Part shown: positions 26,285 to 34,937 of the stretch, piece by piece
How positions within the stretch are numbered: position 1 is the stretch's first letter
Layout: each line of letters opens with the position of its first letter
Source: a virus
Length of the DNA stretch: 64,000 nt
Direction: 5' to 3' (one strand)
IMG/VR virus record: IMGVR_UViG_2856349417_000002
Location: 1-64,000 of that record
The notes under the pieces: generated by a model
Seen by the model: the letters and a program-made list of their open reading frames with translations, nothing else
What the model was told of the DNA's origin: nothing
The model's database searches: none
Made by a program: the position numbers and the translations under genes

Positions 26285-27159
26285 CAGACCTCCTGCTCCA
26301 TCGACGAGAGGCGAGCCCCTTCGATGCTGAATCCGGTGTATTCACCGCTCTTGAACTTCGCGAGCACATCGGCCGGCGGACGATATGCCACCATCAGGCC
26401 GGTGCGGTCGGTGGTGATGCCCATGGTCTTGGCGATCTCAGTCGTCATCGGCCAGGCGCAGACGAAGGTTCCCTTGTCGGGCCCGGCGTGCATCTCGTTG
26501 CCGGCGCGGGCGCCGCTCATGAAATCGATGGTGGCCTTGAGCATGGCGTCTTCCGGGATATGCTCCGGAACGCGCTCGCCGCCCTTGTCGATATTGAGGT
26601 CGTAATAGTCCTCGCCATTGATCTTGCAGACGATGGCCCAGCCGAAGACCATGCCCAGGCTCTCGTCGACCTTGCAGATGCGGATCGAAGGATCGGCCAT
26701 CTTCATGGCGTTGCTCACGGGTTCGAGATCCTTGTACTTGACCGGAATGTTGTCCTCGCCGTCGAGCCAGGCAGCGCTGGCACGATGATGACCGTCGGCG
26801 ATGTAGTTGCGGCCGTTCATGTGCACCACGACCGGCGGCTTGCCATGCTTCACGCCGCGCAGCGCCTCGACCTTCTTCGGATCGACGCGGTTCTGCATGG
26901 CGACCAGGCTGTCGACCGGAAGCGTCTTGTCCGGCAAAAGCTCCGGATTGGTGAGCACGCCGAAGAAGCGCGGCTTCTGGTCGGAGCGAAGGTTGCCCAG
27001 CGCCGTGGCGTCATACGGGAAGGGGGTGTGCGCCGTGTCCTCGTCGAGCGGCTTCAGCGAGCGCGGCGCGTCCTTTGCCATCGCATCCTTCTTCGGCTTC
27101 TTGCCCTTCGGCCATTGCGTCGAAGGCACGTGCACGTCGCCGGAACCGGGCTGGCTCAT
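26284..27159 (-). CDS. ParB/Srx-like N-domain fused to an XkdF-type prohead protease domain (291 aa)
   Basis: PPVVVHMNGRNYIADGHHRASAAWLDG (the DGHHR ParB-N signature) is followed by GMVFGWAIVCKINGEDYYDLNID...MLKATIDFM...GNEMH (XkdF-like). ATG at 27159 overlaps the upstream stop. Confidence 0.7.
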   Translation of the reverse strand: MSQPGSGDVHVPSTQWPKGKKPKKDAMAKDAPRSLKPLDEDTAHTPFPYDATALGNLRSDQKPRFFGVLTNPELLPDKTLPVDSLVAMQNRVDPKKVEALRGVKHGKPPVVVHMNGRNYIADGHHRASAAWLDGEDNIPVKYKDLEPVSNAMKMADPSIRICKVDESLGMVFGWAIVCKINGEDYYDLNIDKGGERVPEHIPEDAMLKATIDFMSGARAGNEMHAGPDKGTFVCAWPMTTEIAKTMGITTDRTGLMVAYRPPADVLAKFKSGEYTGFSIEGARLSSMEQEV

Positions 27160-27509
27160 CAGTTCACCAAGGCCGGCTGCTTTGGCGCCGAGGCCAGCAA
27201 GTTCCAGCGCGTCACCTCGACCAAGTGGGCGTCGGTGCAGGCGATCTCGATCAGTCGATCGCCAGTGAGGTGGTGCTTGGTCTTGCGCATGCGGATTCGG
27301 ACGCATGGCAGCGGCACGCCTTCCAGTGTGCCCCAGCTCTTCTTGTGGCGGAGCGCTTCCTCGCGATCGGGCGGTCCGGCGATGTCGAAATCAGGCTCGC
27401 CGCGGTCCTCGGCGAAGGCCTGGACCTGCGCCATCGCTTCCGGCTCGCGGGAGAGCAGCGCTTGCAGTGCCGGCGGCGCGAAGACCGCCCATTTCACGAT
27501 CTGGGTCAT
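27159..27509 (-). CDS. Hypothetical head-module protein (116 aa)
   Basis: Track ORF, coupled at both ends. Confidence 0.6.
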   Translation of the reverse strand: MTQIVKWAVFAPPALQALLSREPEAMAQVQAFAEDRGEPDFDIAGPPDREEALRHKKSWGTLEGVPLPCVRIRMRKTKHHLTGDRLIEIACTDAHLVEVTRWNLLASAPKQPALVN

Positions 27510-27718
27510 CCGACATACACCGCAAGAAGATCCTTCGGAACGCTGATGCCGCAGGCGAGCCCGTAGAGCGCGATGGTCGGTGGTGTGCCGACCTTCTCCT
27601 GCCAGACATAGCCGGCGACTGTCGTGATCACGCCTTCCGGCACGTAGACGACCTCGTCGCCGATCTGGAACTGCGCGGCGATGCGCTGCGCGTCGGCGTC
27701 GTTGGGGTCTGAGATCAC
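27506..27718 (-). CDS. Hypothetical head-module protein (70 aa)
   Basis: Track ORF with a GTG start overlapping the upstream stop (GTGA). Confidence 0.55.
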   Translation of the reverse strand: MISDPNDADAQRIAAQFQIGDEVVYVPEGVITTVAGYVWQEKVGTPPTIALYGLACGISVPKDLLAVYVG

Positions 27719-28740
27719 GGGGTACGCCTCTTTATTTTCAGTGTCTGCACACAGCGGCAGTTGATCACTTCCGAAGCCGGAGCGGCCGGATCGTGCGGCC
27801 GCATCAGCCGGTTGCCGGCGCCGGAGATAAACGCTTCCTCGGTGCCCTCGACCTTCTGGCCGTTCATGGCGGCGTGGCTATCGCGGGTGCGGCTGTCGCG
27901 GGTGGCGCGCCAGGTGCGCTCGACCATGTCGCTGGTGATGTTGGCTTCGGCCGCGACCTGCTTGAACGCCTCGTCGCGAGCCTGGCTGACGACATTTCCG
28001 GTCTCGGTGCGGGCGATCGTCTCGGCGCGAGACATCAGGTACCGATCCCGGTACCGGTCGACCATGGCGTCGACCTGCTTCGTACTCAGCGGCTCGCCGG
28101 TGTTCACGGCGCGCTGCACCGTCCTGTCGAAGCGGCGGTCGCGGATGTCGCGGTCCAGCGCCTCGCTCGACCCCTGGGCGAGCAGGTTGCGGTAGTTCTG
28201 GATCGCCGCGAGCTGTCTGGCCGTGAGCCCGATGGCATTGCGGAACGCGGCGGCGGTACCGATCGGGCCTTCGCCATCGATCAGCGCCTGCGTCAGCGCC
28301 GTCCGCACTGCTTCCCGCTGGGTCGCCGTGAAATCCTGGATGAAGTTCAACTGCGCATCCGCCATCAGGTCGGCGGCGCGCTGATAGGTCGGATCGAACG
28401 AGATGCCCACTGCCGGCGAGATCCGGTTGACCTGCTCGGCCAGAGCTTTCGTCTCGTCATTGGCCGAGGCGATGAAGACGCTCGACACCACCGGCGCCAT
28501 GCGCACCACGTAGCGATCGACGATCTTGAGCGCGCTCTCGACATCGGAGCGGCCGAGCAGCTCGGCCACCTCACGCATCACGACTTGTGAGCGGACATTC
28601 TGGACAAAGGTGAGGAACGCCTGCCTGACGGAGCGTTCCATTTTCGCGACGAGTTGTTCGACGCGCAGATGATCGTCGGATTTACGCTTGGCGAAGCTTG
28701 CGTCGAGCGCATAGCGTGTCAGCGATGAGGCGCGCGCCAT
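27715..28740 (-). CDS. Head morphogenesis protein (Mu F / SPP1 gp7 family)
   Basis: C-terminal core ARTETGNVVSQARDEAF...WRATRDSRTRDSHAAMNGQ...INCRC. ATG at 28740 was chosen; an alternative ATG is at 28866. The remaining upstream part of track ORF 27715-29283 was rejected. Confidence 0.8.
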   Translation of the reverse strand: MARASSLTRYALDASFAKRKSDDHLRVEQLVAKMERSVRQAFLTFVQNVRSQVVMREVAELLGRSDVESALKIVDRYVVRMAPVVSSVFIASANDETKALAEQVNRISPAVGISFDPTYQRAADLMADAQLNFIQDFTATQREAVRTALTQALIDGEGPIGTAAAFRNAIGLTARQLAAIQNYRNLLAQGSSEALDRDIRDRRFDRTVQRAVNTGEPLSTKQVDAMVDRYRDRYLMSRAETIARTETGNVVSQARDEAFKQVAAEANITSDMVERTWRATRDSRTRDSHAAMNGQKVEGTEEAFISGAGNRLMRPHDPAAPASEVINCRCVQTLKIKRRTP

Positions 28741-28884
28741 CAACTCAGCCAATTCCACGCCCTCCGCTGCAAGATGCTTCGGATCGTCGATGCATTGACG
28801 CCGAACTCTGCAGCGAGCGATTTCACCGGTTGCGTCCGCCAACGGTGCCAGTGCTTCGTGCACCATCCCCTGGCTCTTGCCGGC

Positions 28885-29124
28885 TTGCGGCAACCTTCGA
28901 TCGAACAGGAGGAACCCATCTCTAAACTCGCTTACGACCCCCGTGACCCGGCGCAGGATCTCAACGATCCGGCGACATGGAAGGAAACAGACAATCCCGC
29001 ACTGCTCACCGCTTCGAAGCGGATCGAGCGCGGCGAGGACTATTGGCGTGGCGTGGCGATGCTCGCCGAGATGTGGGACGAGGAGAACCGGCCCGGCGGA
29101 CTGGTGCCGCCACTGCCGATTTGA
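28885..29124 (+). CDS. Possible small opposite-strand protein (start unresolved)
   Basis: The last 66 codons have coding-like GC by position (about 70/47/76%, hand count) and a natural-looking sequence: KLAYDPRDPAQDLNDPATWKETDNPALLTASKRIERGEDYWRGVAMLAEMWDEENRPGG. A strong AGGAGG (28907-28912) is not followed by a canonical start. The nearest in-frame starts are TTG at 28885 and ATG at 28774. Confidence 0.35.
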   Translation: MRQPSIEQEEPISKLAYDPRDPAQDLNDPATWKETDNPALLTASKRIERGEDYWRGVAMLAEMWDEENRPGGLVPPLPI

Positions 29125-29134
29125 TTTTGACGCG

Positions 29135-29695
29135 TGAAAAGCGAAAGGCAGAGGACCATTGACCCGGTTAACAACGCCGATCGATCCTCTGCCTTCTGGC
29201 GCACCCTGGCACGTGCCTGTGAAACTGTCGGGCTTGGAGCCGCCTGTTGGCGAGCCGTGCCCGCCGGTTTCTCGTTTCGCCATGCACGCCGATGTACCGG
29301 AAACGGTCGTGGTCGCGGCCGGGGAGTGTACCGGCGCTCGGTGTTCGATGGGCCTTTTTATGTCATGCCCAGGACCGCGTATTGGGGCCGGTAGTTGGTG
29401 CGATGTTTATTCCCGTTGGCCGAGTAGTCTGGCCGCCTTGTGCATCAGGGAGCACCAACGCTCTGATCCCGATGCCCACATGCCCTTACCACCTTGCGGC
29501 AAAGGCCCCTCATGGATCTCGCGCCGGTCTCTCCCGGCTGTCACCGCTTCCTCGGCCTGCAAGGGTATTGCGGTTACCCCATCTACGACCCCGAGGTGGA
29601 GGGATTGCCTAGCGCGGATTAAGCGTTCCATTCCTCTGTCTTGCCAAAGCCAGTTCCCGCGCAGGAAAAGCTCTATTTGCAGGTTGCCACCTGAT
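29135..29695 (-). ncRNA. Candidate ~0.55-kb non-coding transcript (unclassified)
   Basis: No credible ORF in any frame. A promoter-like element plus operator lies upstream and a hairpin lies downstream. The stem at 29442-29475 pairs fully only as minus-strand RNA (G.U there versus A.C on the plus strand). Confidence 0.3.
29145..29195 (-). terminator. 11-bp perfect stem with a 29-nt loop, followed on the minus strand by TCGCTTTTC
   Basis: AAGGCAGAGGA (29145-29155) pairs with TCCTCTGCCTT (29185-29195). The U-rich tail exists only on the minus strand. Confidence 0.4.
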
Positions 29696-29697
29696 TT

Positions 29698-29733
29698 GGT
29701 GCCATTCTGGTTACATCACCCGCGCCCTGTCAA
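29698..29733 (-). promoter_or_regulatory. Promoter-like TTGACA (29733-29728) with operator GGTGCCA-ttc-TGGTTAC (29698-29714) over the -10 region
   Basis: On the minus strand: TTGACA, then 18 nt, then CAGAAT. The palindrome belongs to the operator family. Confidence 0.45.
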
Positions 29734-29751
29734 GAGCGGCTGTGCAAATCC

Positions 29752-30006
29752 TCAGTAGAGCGCGACGACCGTCGCGGTGGTGCCGGTCGCCTTCACCCGC
29801 CTTGCGCGCACCAGGATCACGGTGCCAGCGGGGACTGCGGTGCGCGTGATGGCCGCCGTATCCGCTGCGGCGATGCAGGCCACGTCGCCTGTGGCGATCA
29901 CCTCGAGCGCATTGCAGACGCCGCCCGGCAGATCGTTGCTGTCATCCGGCGTTACAGCGACCTGCGAAGAGGCCGGCAAGATCATCTTCCCGTAGGGCTT
30001 ACCCAT
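29752..30006 (-). CDS. Small structural protein (GTA head-spike-base rcc01079-like by recall)
   Basis: 84 aa. The C-terminus AVPAGTVILVRARRVKATGTTATVVALY resembles that family. Confidence 0.6.
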   Translation of the reverse strand: MGKPYGKMILPASSQVAVTPDDSNDLPGGVCNALEVIATGDVACIAAADTAAITRTAVPAGTVILVRARRVKATGTTATVVALY

Positions 30007-30018
30007 CGATCCTGTTCC

Positions 30019-30522
30019 TCAAAAGATGCCGCGGTTGAAGCCGTAGCCTTCGTCGAGCGTGGTTTCCCGGCATGTGCCGAAGGTGATGGCGCCGCCGAAC
30101 GCCGGTTCCGAACCGGCAAGATACTGCCCGATCAGCAGCATGACGTTGGACGGGAACGCCGTGTCGGTCTGGACCGTCGTGCCCCTGAAGTTTTCGATTT
30201 CTACGCTGCCGGCCTTGATCCGCTTCTGTTGGACCTGTCCAAACGTGGTGCGGAAATCGGCGTCGTCGACAAGCAGGGCCGCCAGCTCGATGCAGGCGTT
30301 GATGAAGGCCGGGTTTGCGAGGCGAAGGTCGAAGGTCGAATAGGCGTCGACCCATGACTGCTCATCGATCCAGCGCGTCGCCGAGACGAGCCCGCGTGCC
30401 TTGGTGTCAGCGTCCGCCGCGCGCCATGCGTCTGCCGTCGTCGATCCGCCGAGATAGATGTCGGCATCGGTGACGGTGGAATACGTCGTGTAGGTGTTTC
30501 CACCGATTGTGACGGTCGGCAT
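30019..30522 (-). CDS. Head-tail connector-like protein (167 aa)
   Basis: Track ORF. The N-terminal pattern ...TVTDADIYLGG...AWRAADADTKARGLVSATRWID is as seen in gp6/DnaT-like adaptor proteins (from recall). Confidence 0.6.
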   Translation of the reverse strand: MPTVTIGGNTYTTYSTVTDADIYLGGSTTADAWRAADADTKARGLVSATRWIDEQSWVDAYSTFDLRLANPAFINACIELAALLVDDADFRTTFGQVQQKRIKAGSVEIENFRGTTVQTDTAFPSNVMLLIGQYLAGSEPAFGGAITFGTCRETTLDEGYGFNRGIF

Positions 30523-30746
30523 TACATCGGCTCCAACTTGACGGTGCCTTCGACGAGCTCGTGCTTGATGTTCTCGCCGTCCTCTGTGATCGCAACGTTG
30601 CCCTCGGCATCAAGCACGGTGCGGATGATCCAGCCTTCCTCGTCGTCCGCCTCGATCACCATCTTCTGTTCCACGCCGTCGAGGATGACGTTGTAGAGCA
30701 CGCCTTGGTGATAGAACGGGCTGGTGGGGTCGGCCGAAACTCTCAT
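30522..30746 (-). CDS. Hypothetical acidic protein (74 aa)
   Basis: Track ORF, coupled at both ends (ATGA and TAATG). Confidence 0.6.
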   Translation of the reverse strand: MRVSADPTSPFYHQGVLYNVILDGVEQKMVIEADDEEGWIIRTVLDAEGNVAITEDGENIKHELVEGTVKLEPM

Positions 30747-32245
30747 ATCGCGATCACGTTGCGCTTCATCACCTTGCGCCTGCCTGGCACCTTCTGGCGC
30801 TGCTTGGCGCCGGCTGCCGGATCATTCGGCATCGGCTCCTCCGGATCCTGCGGCACGCTATCGTCGGCCGGCAGACCCGCCTTTATGCGGTTCATGGCGT
30901 CGAGCAGTTCCGGATCGATTTCCGGCTCGCGCGCCACGCCGAGCAGATCGCGCACATCGTTGATGGCCGGATCGTTCGGCTGCAGCACAGCGCCGGCCGT
31001 TGCCATGTCCCTCAGAGCGGCCGTGATCTTCGCCACGTCCTTGAACTGGACCGCCTCGTATTTGAGCGTCGGCTTCAACTCGTCATCGAGGCCGTTCAAC
31101 TGCCAGAGCGGACCGATGAAATCCTTCTCGCCACTTTCGGCGATGTCAGCCAGCGCGCCCTCGACCTGGAGGAAGAAGTTCGAGGTCTTGTCTTCCGAGA
31201 GCGACCTGGTGCCGACGCCTTCGCCCAGCATCAGCTGCTCGACGCCGAGGATGCGCGCCATCTCGCGATTGACGCGGTTGATGGCGTTGCCGAGCGAATC
31301 GATGCCGGTGGCATTGCCGGTGACCAGATCGATCGCCCATTGCGGTACCGGGGAGACCTGGACGCCGGTGTCGGTCTGGCTTTCGTAGGTCTTGGAATCC
31401 AGGATGACGCCGGTGTCGTGCGTCTTGGCCTGCATCTTGACCAGGTCGGTCATCGCGTCAAGCAGGAGCTGCGACTGCTCTTTTGTGAGCTTGCCTTCCT
31501 TGACCGCGGCGTTGAGCGCGCTGATCGGAGCGCGACCCACGGGGATGCCCCTCAGATCGCGCTGGTAGCCGATGCCCTCGAGGCGAAGGTATTCCTTCAA
31601 CCGCTCGGCCGGCTCGACCAGGTGGCGCAGAAGGCCCAGCCCATCGGGGCTGTCGGTCAGAGCGTCGTCGACGACGTAGAGCACCTTGGAGCGGGGAAGA
31701 AATAGGTATTGCCCGGTGTTCGGGTTCGCCTGCCACATGCCGAGCACCTCACCCATGTCGGTGAGTTCCCAGCGGTCGATGGTGTGGCAGGGACGCGGCG
31801 CGACGTTGAGCATGCCGATCTTGCCATCCATGCGGCGCTTGGCCGTCCACTCCTGGATGTCGAAGCCGCGGAAGCGGTACATGGAGGCGCGACGCGTGAC
31901 GCGCGACCATGGCGTCACCATGTCATGCAGACAGCTCTCGACGAAATCGGCCGCTTCCTTGGCCGCCGATTTGAATTCCTCCGGATCGTCTTCGCTCCCC
32001 GCGGGCTCGACCGTCCATTCGGTGCGGGCGATCAGCCCGAGGAAATGCCGGATGCCGGAGGCGACGATGGAGAAGTTCGTCGCGATGTCGGAGAACGTGA
32101 CCCACTTCTGCGGGCCGACGACCTCGTTTCGCCTTTCCTGCGAGGCGATGAAGCCGCCGAAATGGGCAAAGCCTGGAACGCCTGCGGTGACAGTCGGGGC
32201 CACCGGTGCCGCGGCGGGCATAGCGCTGCGCGGTCGTTTAGCCAT
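30743..32245 (-). CDS. Portal protein (500 aa)
   Basis: Supported by its size and by its position immediately after the large terminase (8-nt overlap). Confidence 0.85.
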   Translation of the reverse strand: MAKRPRSAMPAAAPVAPTVTAGVPGFAHFGGFIASQERRNEVVGPQKWVTFSDIATNFSIVASGIRHFLGLIARTEWTVEPAGSEDDPEEFKSAAKEAADFVESCLHDMVTPWSRVTRRASMYRFRGFDIQEWTAKRRMDGKIGMLNVAPRPCHTIDRWELTDMGEVLGMWQANPNTGQYLFLPRSKVLYVVDDALTDSPDGLGLLRHLVEPAERLKEYLRLEGIGYQRDLRGIPVGRAPISALNAAVKEGKLTKEQSQLLLDAMTDLVKMQAKTHDTGVILDSKTYESQTDTGVQVSPVPQWAIDLVTGNATGIDSLGNAINRVNREMARILGVEQLMLGEGVGTRSLSEDKTSNFFLQVEGALADIAESGEKDFIGPLWQLNGLDDELKPTLKYEAVQFKDVAKITAALRDMATAGAVLQPNDPAINDVRDLLGVAREPEIDPELLDAMNRIKAGLPADDSVPQDPEEPMPNDPAAGAKQRQKVPGRRKVMKRNVIAI

Positions 32246-33653
32246 CGCCTCCCACCCTTATTGGTGCTGCAAATTCGTCGTTGGTCTCAAAGCGCGCCGT
32301 CAGCGCGTTGAAGGCCCGGCTTGTGGAGTCCGCGTCGTCGTCGTGCGCGCCCTCCGGAAACCCTTCGAGCTCGTTGAACCAGGTCGTGTTCCATGGCCCG
32401 CGAAGCACCAGCACATTGCCGGCCTCGGCCTGGGCGGAGAACGCGTTGAAGCGCGTGACCTTGTCGCCGGTTTCAGGCGTCGAGCGCACGTTGAAGCCGA
32501 GCAGTTTCTTGGTGAGCGTGACGGCGTAGCTCTTGCCGGCGGCGCCCGGGTCCTTCGGCAGCGAAATCTCCACCGTCTTGCCGTCTTCGTCGGCGGTGTT
32601 CTTGAGCAGCGTCTCGACGCCGTTCGGGCCCTGGCGATCGCGTCGATGGTCGAGCACGATGAATGCGCCGTCGGCGAGCTTTCCGATCTTCGTCCCTGTC
32701 GTCCAGTCGGGATCGTTTTCTTCGGTCTTCGGCGTCGAGGCCAAATCCCAGCCGCGTACCGCCTTGAGGATCGACGGCGCCACATCGACGACCTTGCACC
32801 AGCCGCGCTGAAACAGGAGGCCGGCTGCGGGCCTGATCTTCCAGTTGCCGCCGAGAAGGCGTTCGCGCTCGACTGTCGGCAGCGCCATCAGGTTGGCGAT
32901 GTAGCTCGGGTCCGCCGCCATCAGGGCGGGATTGTCAGTCAGCTTCGCCGGGATGAAGGTGACCGACTTCGGCAGTATCGGCACCATCTCGCCGCGCTCG
33001 TTCGGCGCGCGATACTCGGCGAGGTCCTGCGGGTTGTCCGCCCAGATGATGGCGTCGCCGATGCGAACCATCCAGCGAATGACGCCGGCGCGCTCGGGGA
33101 TGGCGAGGCCCGATTCCTCATCGATCCACCAGGCGATGAACTCGGCGACCCAGGAATCGGCGTCCGGGTTGCAGGTCGCCCGCACATAGGGCCGCACGCC
33201 ACACATGGAGCGGTTGCGGCTGAGCATGTACCAGAACTGCTTGGCCGAGAAATGCGTCAGCTCGTCGAAGCAGATCAGCGGGATCTGGCTGCCTTGCCAG
33301 TTCTGGACGGTCTTTTCGTGCTCGAGGTGGCCGAAGGAAACCGTTGCCCCGCCGGGGAACGTCCAGTCGAGATCCGGGGCGGCGCGCGACCTGGCCTGCA
33401 GCAGCGGGTAGAGCTTCTCGCTCTCGTCCCAGAGGCCGCCCTCGTTGCGCACCTGGACCGTGGTGCGCCGGAAGAAAACCGCGCCGAAGTCCGGATTGTG
33501 GACGTGCCGGAGCGGCTCCATCAGGAGCGCCCAGCTTTTACCGCCGCCAGCGGCGCCGCCGTAGATGGCTATATCTGCCGCGCTACTGAGGAAGGCTGTT
33601 TGAGGGCCCGGCTGCGGACGGATGATCCTCGGGCCGGCGTTACCCTCTGCCAT
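32238..33653 (-). CDS. terL: Terminase large subunit
   Basis: Walker A IYGGAAGGGKS and Walker B-like PLICFDELTH, followed by a C-terminal nuclease-type region. 471 aa. Confidence 0.9.
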   Translation of the reverse strand: MAEGNAGPRIIRPQPGPQTAFLSSAADIAIYGGAAGGGKSWALLMEPLRHVHNPDFGAVFFRRTTVQVRNEGGLWDESEKLYPLLQARSRAAPDLDWTFPGGATVSFGHLEHEKTVQNWQGSQIPLICFDELTHFSAKQFWYMLSRNRSMCGVRPYVRATCNPDADSWVAEFIAWWIDEESGLAIPERAGVIRWMVRIGDAIIWADNPQDLAEYRAPNERGEMVPILPKSVTFIPAKLTDNPALMAADPSYIANLMALPTVERERLLGGNWKIRPAAGLLFQRGWCKVVDVAPSILKAVRGWDLASTPKTEENDPDWTTGTKIGKLADGAFIVLDHRRDRQGPNGVETLLKNTADEDGKTVEISLPKDPGAAGKSYAVTLTKKLLGFNVRSTPETGDKVTRFNAFSAQAEAGNVLVLRGPWNTTWFNELEGFPEGAHDDDADSTSRAFNALTARFETNDEFAAPIRVGGDG

Positions 33654-34101
33654 TGTCTGGAAGCTGGAAGATGTTGACCGGCGCGGGTGCGGCCGGCAAA
33701 TCCTTCCCGTCCTTTCCGGTCAGCTCGCGGCGATTGGTGAGGGCGCCGCCCATCTCCTCGCCGGCCTGGCGCAGGATCTGCGTCGCCAACTGCATGTTGC
33801 CCATGTCTTCGGCCTTGGCCGCCATGCGCTGGAGAGCGCGCAGCCTGACCGAACGATGGCTGATGCCAATGGCCGCCGTGTCTTCGAGGAACGCCTTGCG
33901 GGTCTCCTCGAACAACGCTTTCCAGCGCTTGGCGAGGTCGCGCCCGGTACGCTTGGTCGGGTCATGGCTCTCGGCGAGTTGCCGGGAGATGTCGAGCCCG
34001 AACTCTTTCTTGACCGCCGTGGCGACGACGGAAGGCGTGTCGAAGCAGGCAAGCGCTTGGACGATGAAGGTTTTGACCTCGTTGGAGAGCTTGGCGACCA
34101 T
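33640..34101 (-). CDS. terS: Terminase small subunit (DUF2280-type)
   Basis: LSNEVKTFIVQALACFDTPSVVATAVKKEFGLDISRQLAESHDPTK... matches my recollection of DUF2280. Overlaps the terL start. Confidence 0.8.
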   Translation of the reverse strand: MVAKLSNEVKTFIVQALACFDTPSVVATAVKKEFGLDISRQLAESHDPTKRTGRDLAKRWKALFEETRKAFLEDTAAIGISHRSVRLRALQRMAAKAEDMGNMQLATQILRQAGEEMGGALTNRRELTGKDGKDLPAAPAPVNIFQLPDNGRG

Positions 34102-34113
34102 CGTCGGATCCCG

Positions 34114-34248
34114 TCAAAGACCGGTCGGGGATTTGCGGGCAGCCTTGGCCTTGCTGGCCTTACCCCTTACCGCCTTTTTTTTTGGCTTCGGCTTGATGGC
34201 GCGTTCTCGCTTCGGCCTTGTGCCGGGAACTGGCTCGAACTTGATCAT
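34114..34248 (-). CDS. Possible 44-aa Lys-rich protein
   Basis: Hand translation: MIKFEPVPGTRPKRERAIKPKPKKKAVRGKASKAKAARKSPTGL. ATGA overlap with the metallopeptidase stop. Confidence 0.4.
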   Translation of the reverse strand: MIKFEPVPGTRPKRERAIKPKPKKKAVRGKASKAKAARKSPTGL

Positions 34249-34853
34249 GCCACGCCCCTCAACAAACAGGTGCCGCAGGCCTGCGCTATCCGTACCCGGG
34301 CGATCTCTGGTCCTTTTTTTGCGGCCTCGACCATGGCCTGGACATGAGCCGCGTCTGCCCCGTAGCGACGGACAACGCCGAGAAACTCTTCGATGTCGTG
34401 TGCCCTGATGCCGAAGGCCGGCTTGCCGCTCTTGCGGAACTTGGGCGCGCCGAATTGATCGCGCTCCTGCCCGGCGTGATAGAGCTCGTGCTCGACAAGC
34501 GCGCAGAACTCGTCGTCGGAACAGTCGGCGGCGTAGCGCGCGTCGAACGTGAGCACGAAGTCCGGTACCTCGCCGAACCAGCCGACGAGTTGCTGCTCGA
34601 ATCTGGCGCGCTGCCATGAAGAGAGCGGCGGAAGGCCGTGCTCGCACTGGCCGACAACGGAGCGGCCCTGCCTTGCGTTGGTGACGTTGGTCCACAATGC
34701 GCCGAGCGAGGCGTGCTGCAGATGGCGATGGTCCTCGTTTTGAAGCGAAGCGCCGTCATCAACGAAGGTCTCCCGCGCCCAAGCGATGATCTCGGGCGCG
34801 GCGATGAAGATGTCGCCGGCGTCGAGAACGCTTTCGGGCGGGAACGGCCGCAT
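34245..34853 (-). CDS. Phage metallopeptidase-domain protein (HExxH)
   Basis: Contains HELYH, in a context typical of the 'putative phage metallopeptidase' found upstream of DUF2280 terminases. ATG at 34853 was chosen; the track start TTG at 34928 lies inside the operator. Confidence 0.75.
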   Translation of the reverse strand: MRPFPPESVLDAGDIFIAAPEIIAWARETFVDDGASLQNEDHRHLQHASLGALWTNVTNARQGRSVVGQCEHGLPPLSSWQRARFEQQLVGWFGEVPDFVLTFDARYAADCSDDEFCALVEHELYHAGQERDQFGAPKFRKSGKPAFGIRAHDIEEFLGVVRRYGADAAHVQAMVEAAKKGPEIARVRIAQACGTCLLRGVA

Positions 34854-34910
34854 CAGAAGTTTGCTCCAATCGCCCGCTCTTGTGATTTTCCCGCCGACCC
34901 CTCTTGCTTT

Positions 34911-34937
34911 TGGCACCAATGTAACCAATATGGTTAC
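34911..34937. promoter_or_regulatory. Triple half-site operator TGGCACC-aat-GTAACCA-ata-TGGTTAC in a divergent promoter region
   Basis: The perfect palindrome is at 34921-34937. TTGGCA (34910-34915), then 17 nt, then GTTACA gives a plus-strand promoter-like arrangement. Confidence 0.55.

Noticed and set aside
29208-29217. CACGTG-core palindromes (GGCACGTGCC here and GTTTCACGTGAAAC at 50594-50607) as a second regulatory motif
   Set aside because: There are only two clear copies with different flanks. That is insufficient to call a motif in 64 kb of GC-rich DNA.
28741-29283. N-terminal 181 codons of the long minus-strand track ORF 27715-29283 (which would make a 522-aa head morphogenesis protein)
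   Set aside because: The extension is Cys/Arg/His-rich and unnatural. It is the antisense shadow of a more coding-like plus-strand frame, and no RBS precedes its start. The Mu-F-like homology begins near the ATG at 28740 (alternative 28866).
29130-29700. Group I (or group II) intron in the head module
   Set aside because: A P/Q-like GCGCGG/CCGCGC pairing and an R-like CAGACTAC are present. I could find no matching S element or P7 pairing, no domain-V-like hairpin, and no split exon frames, because the flanking genes are complete with their own stops and starts.
29159-29758. 199-codon plus-strand ORF spanning the non-coding island
   Set aside because: GC3 is only about 62% by hand count, against about 75-85% in real genes here. 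Its composition is dominated by Cys, Trp, Pro, Ser and Arg. All three plus-strand frames are open here, which suggests a chance lack of stop codons rather than coding.
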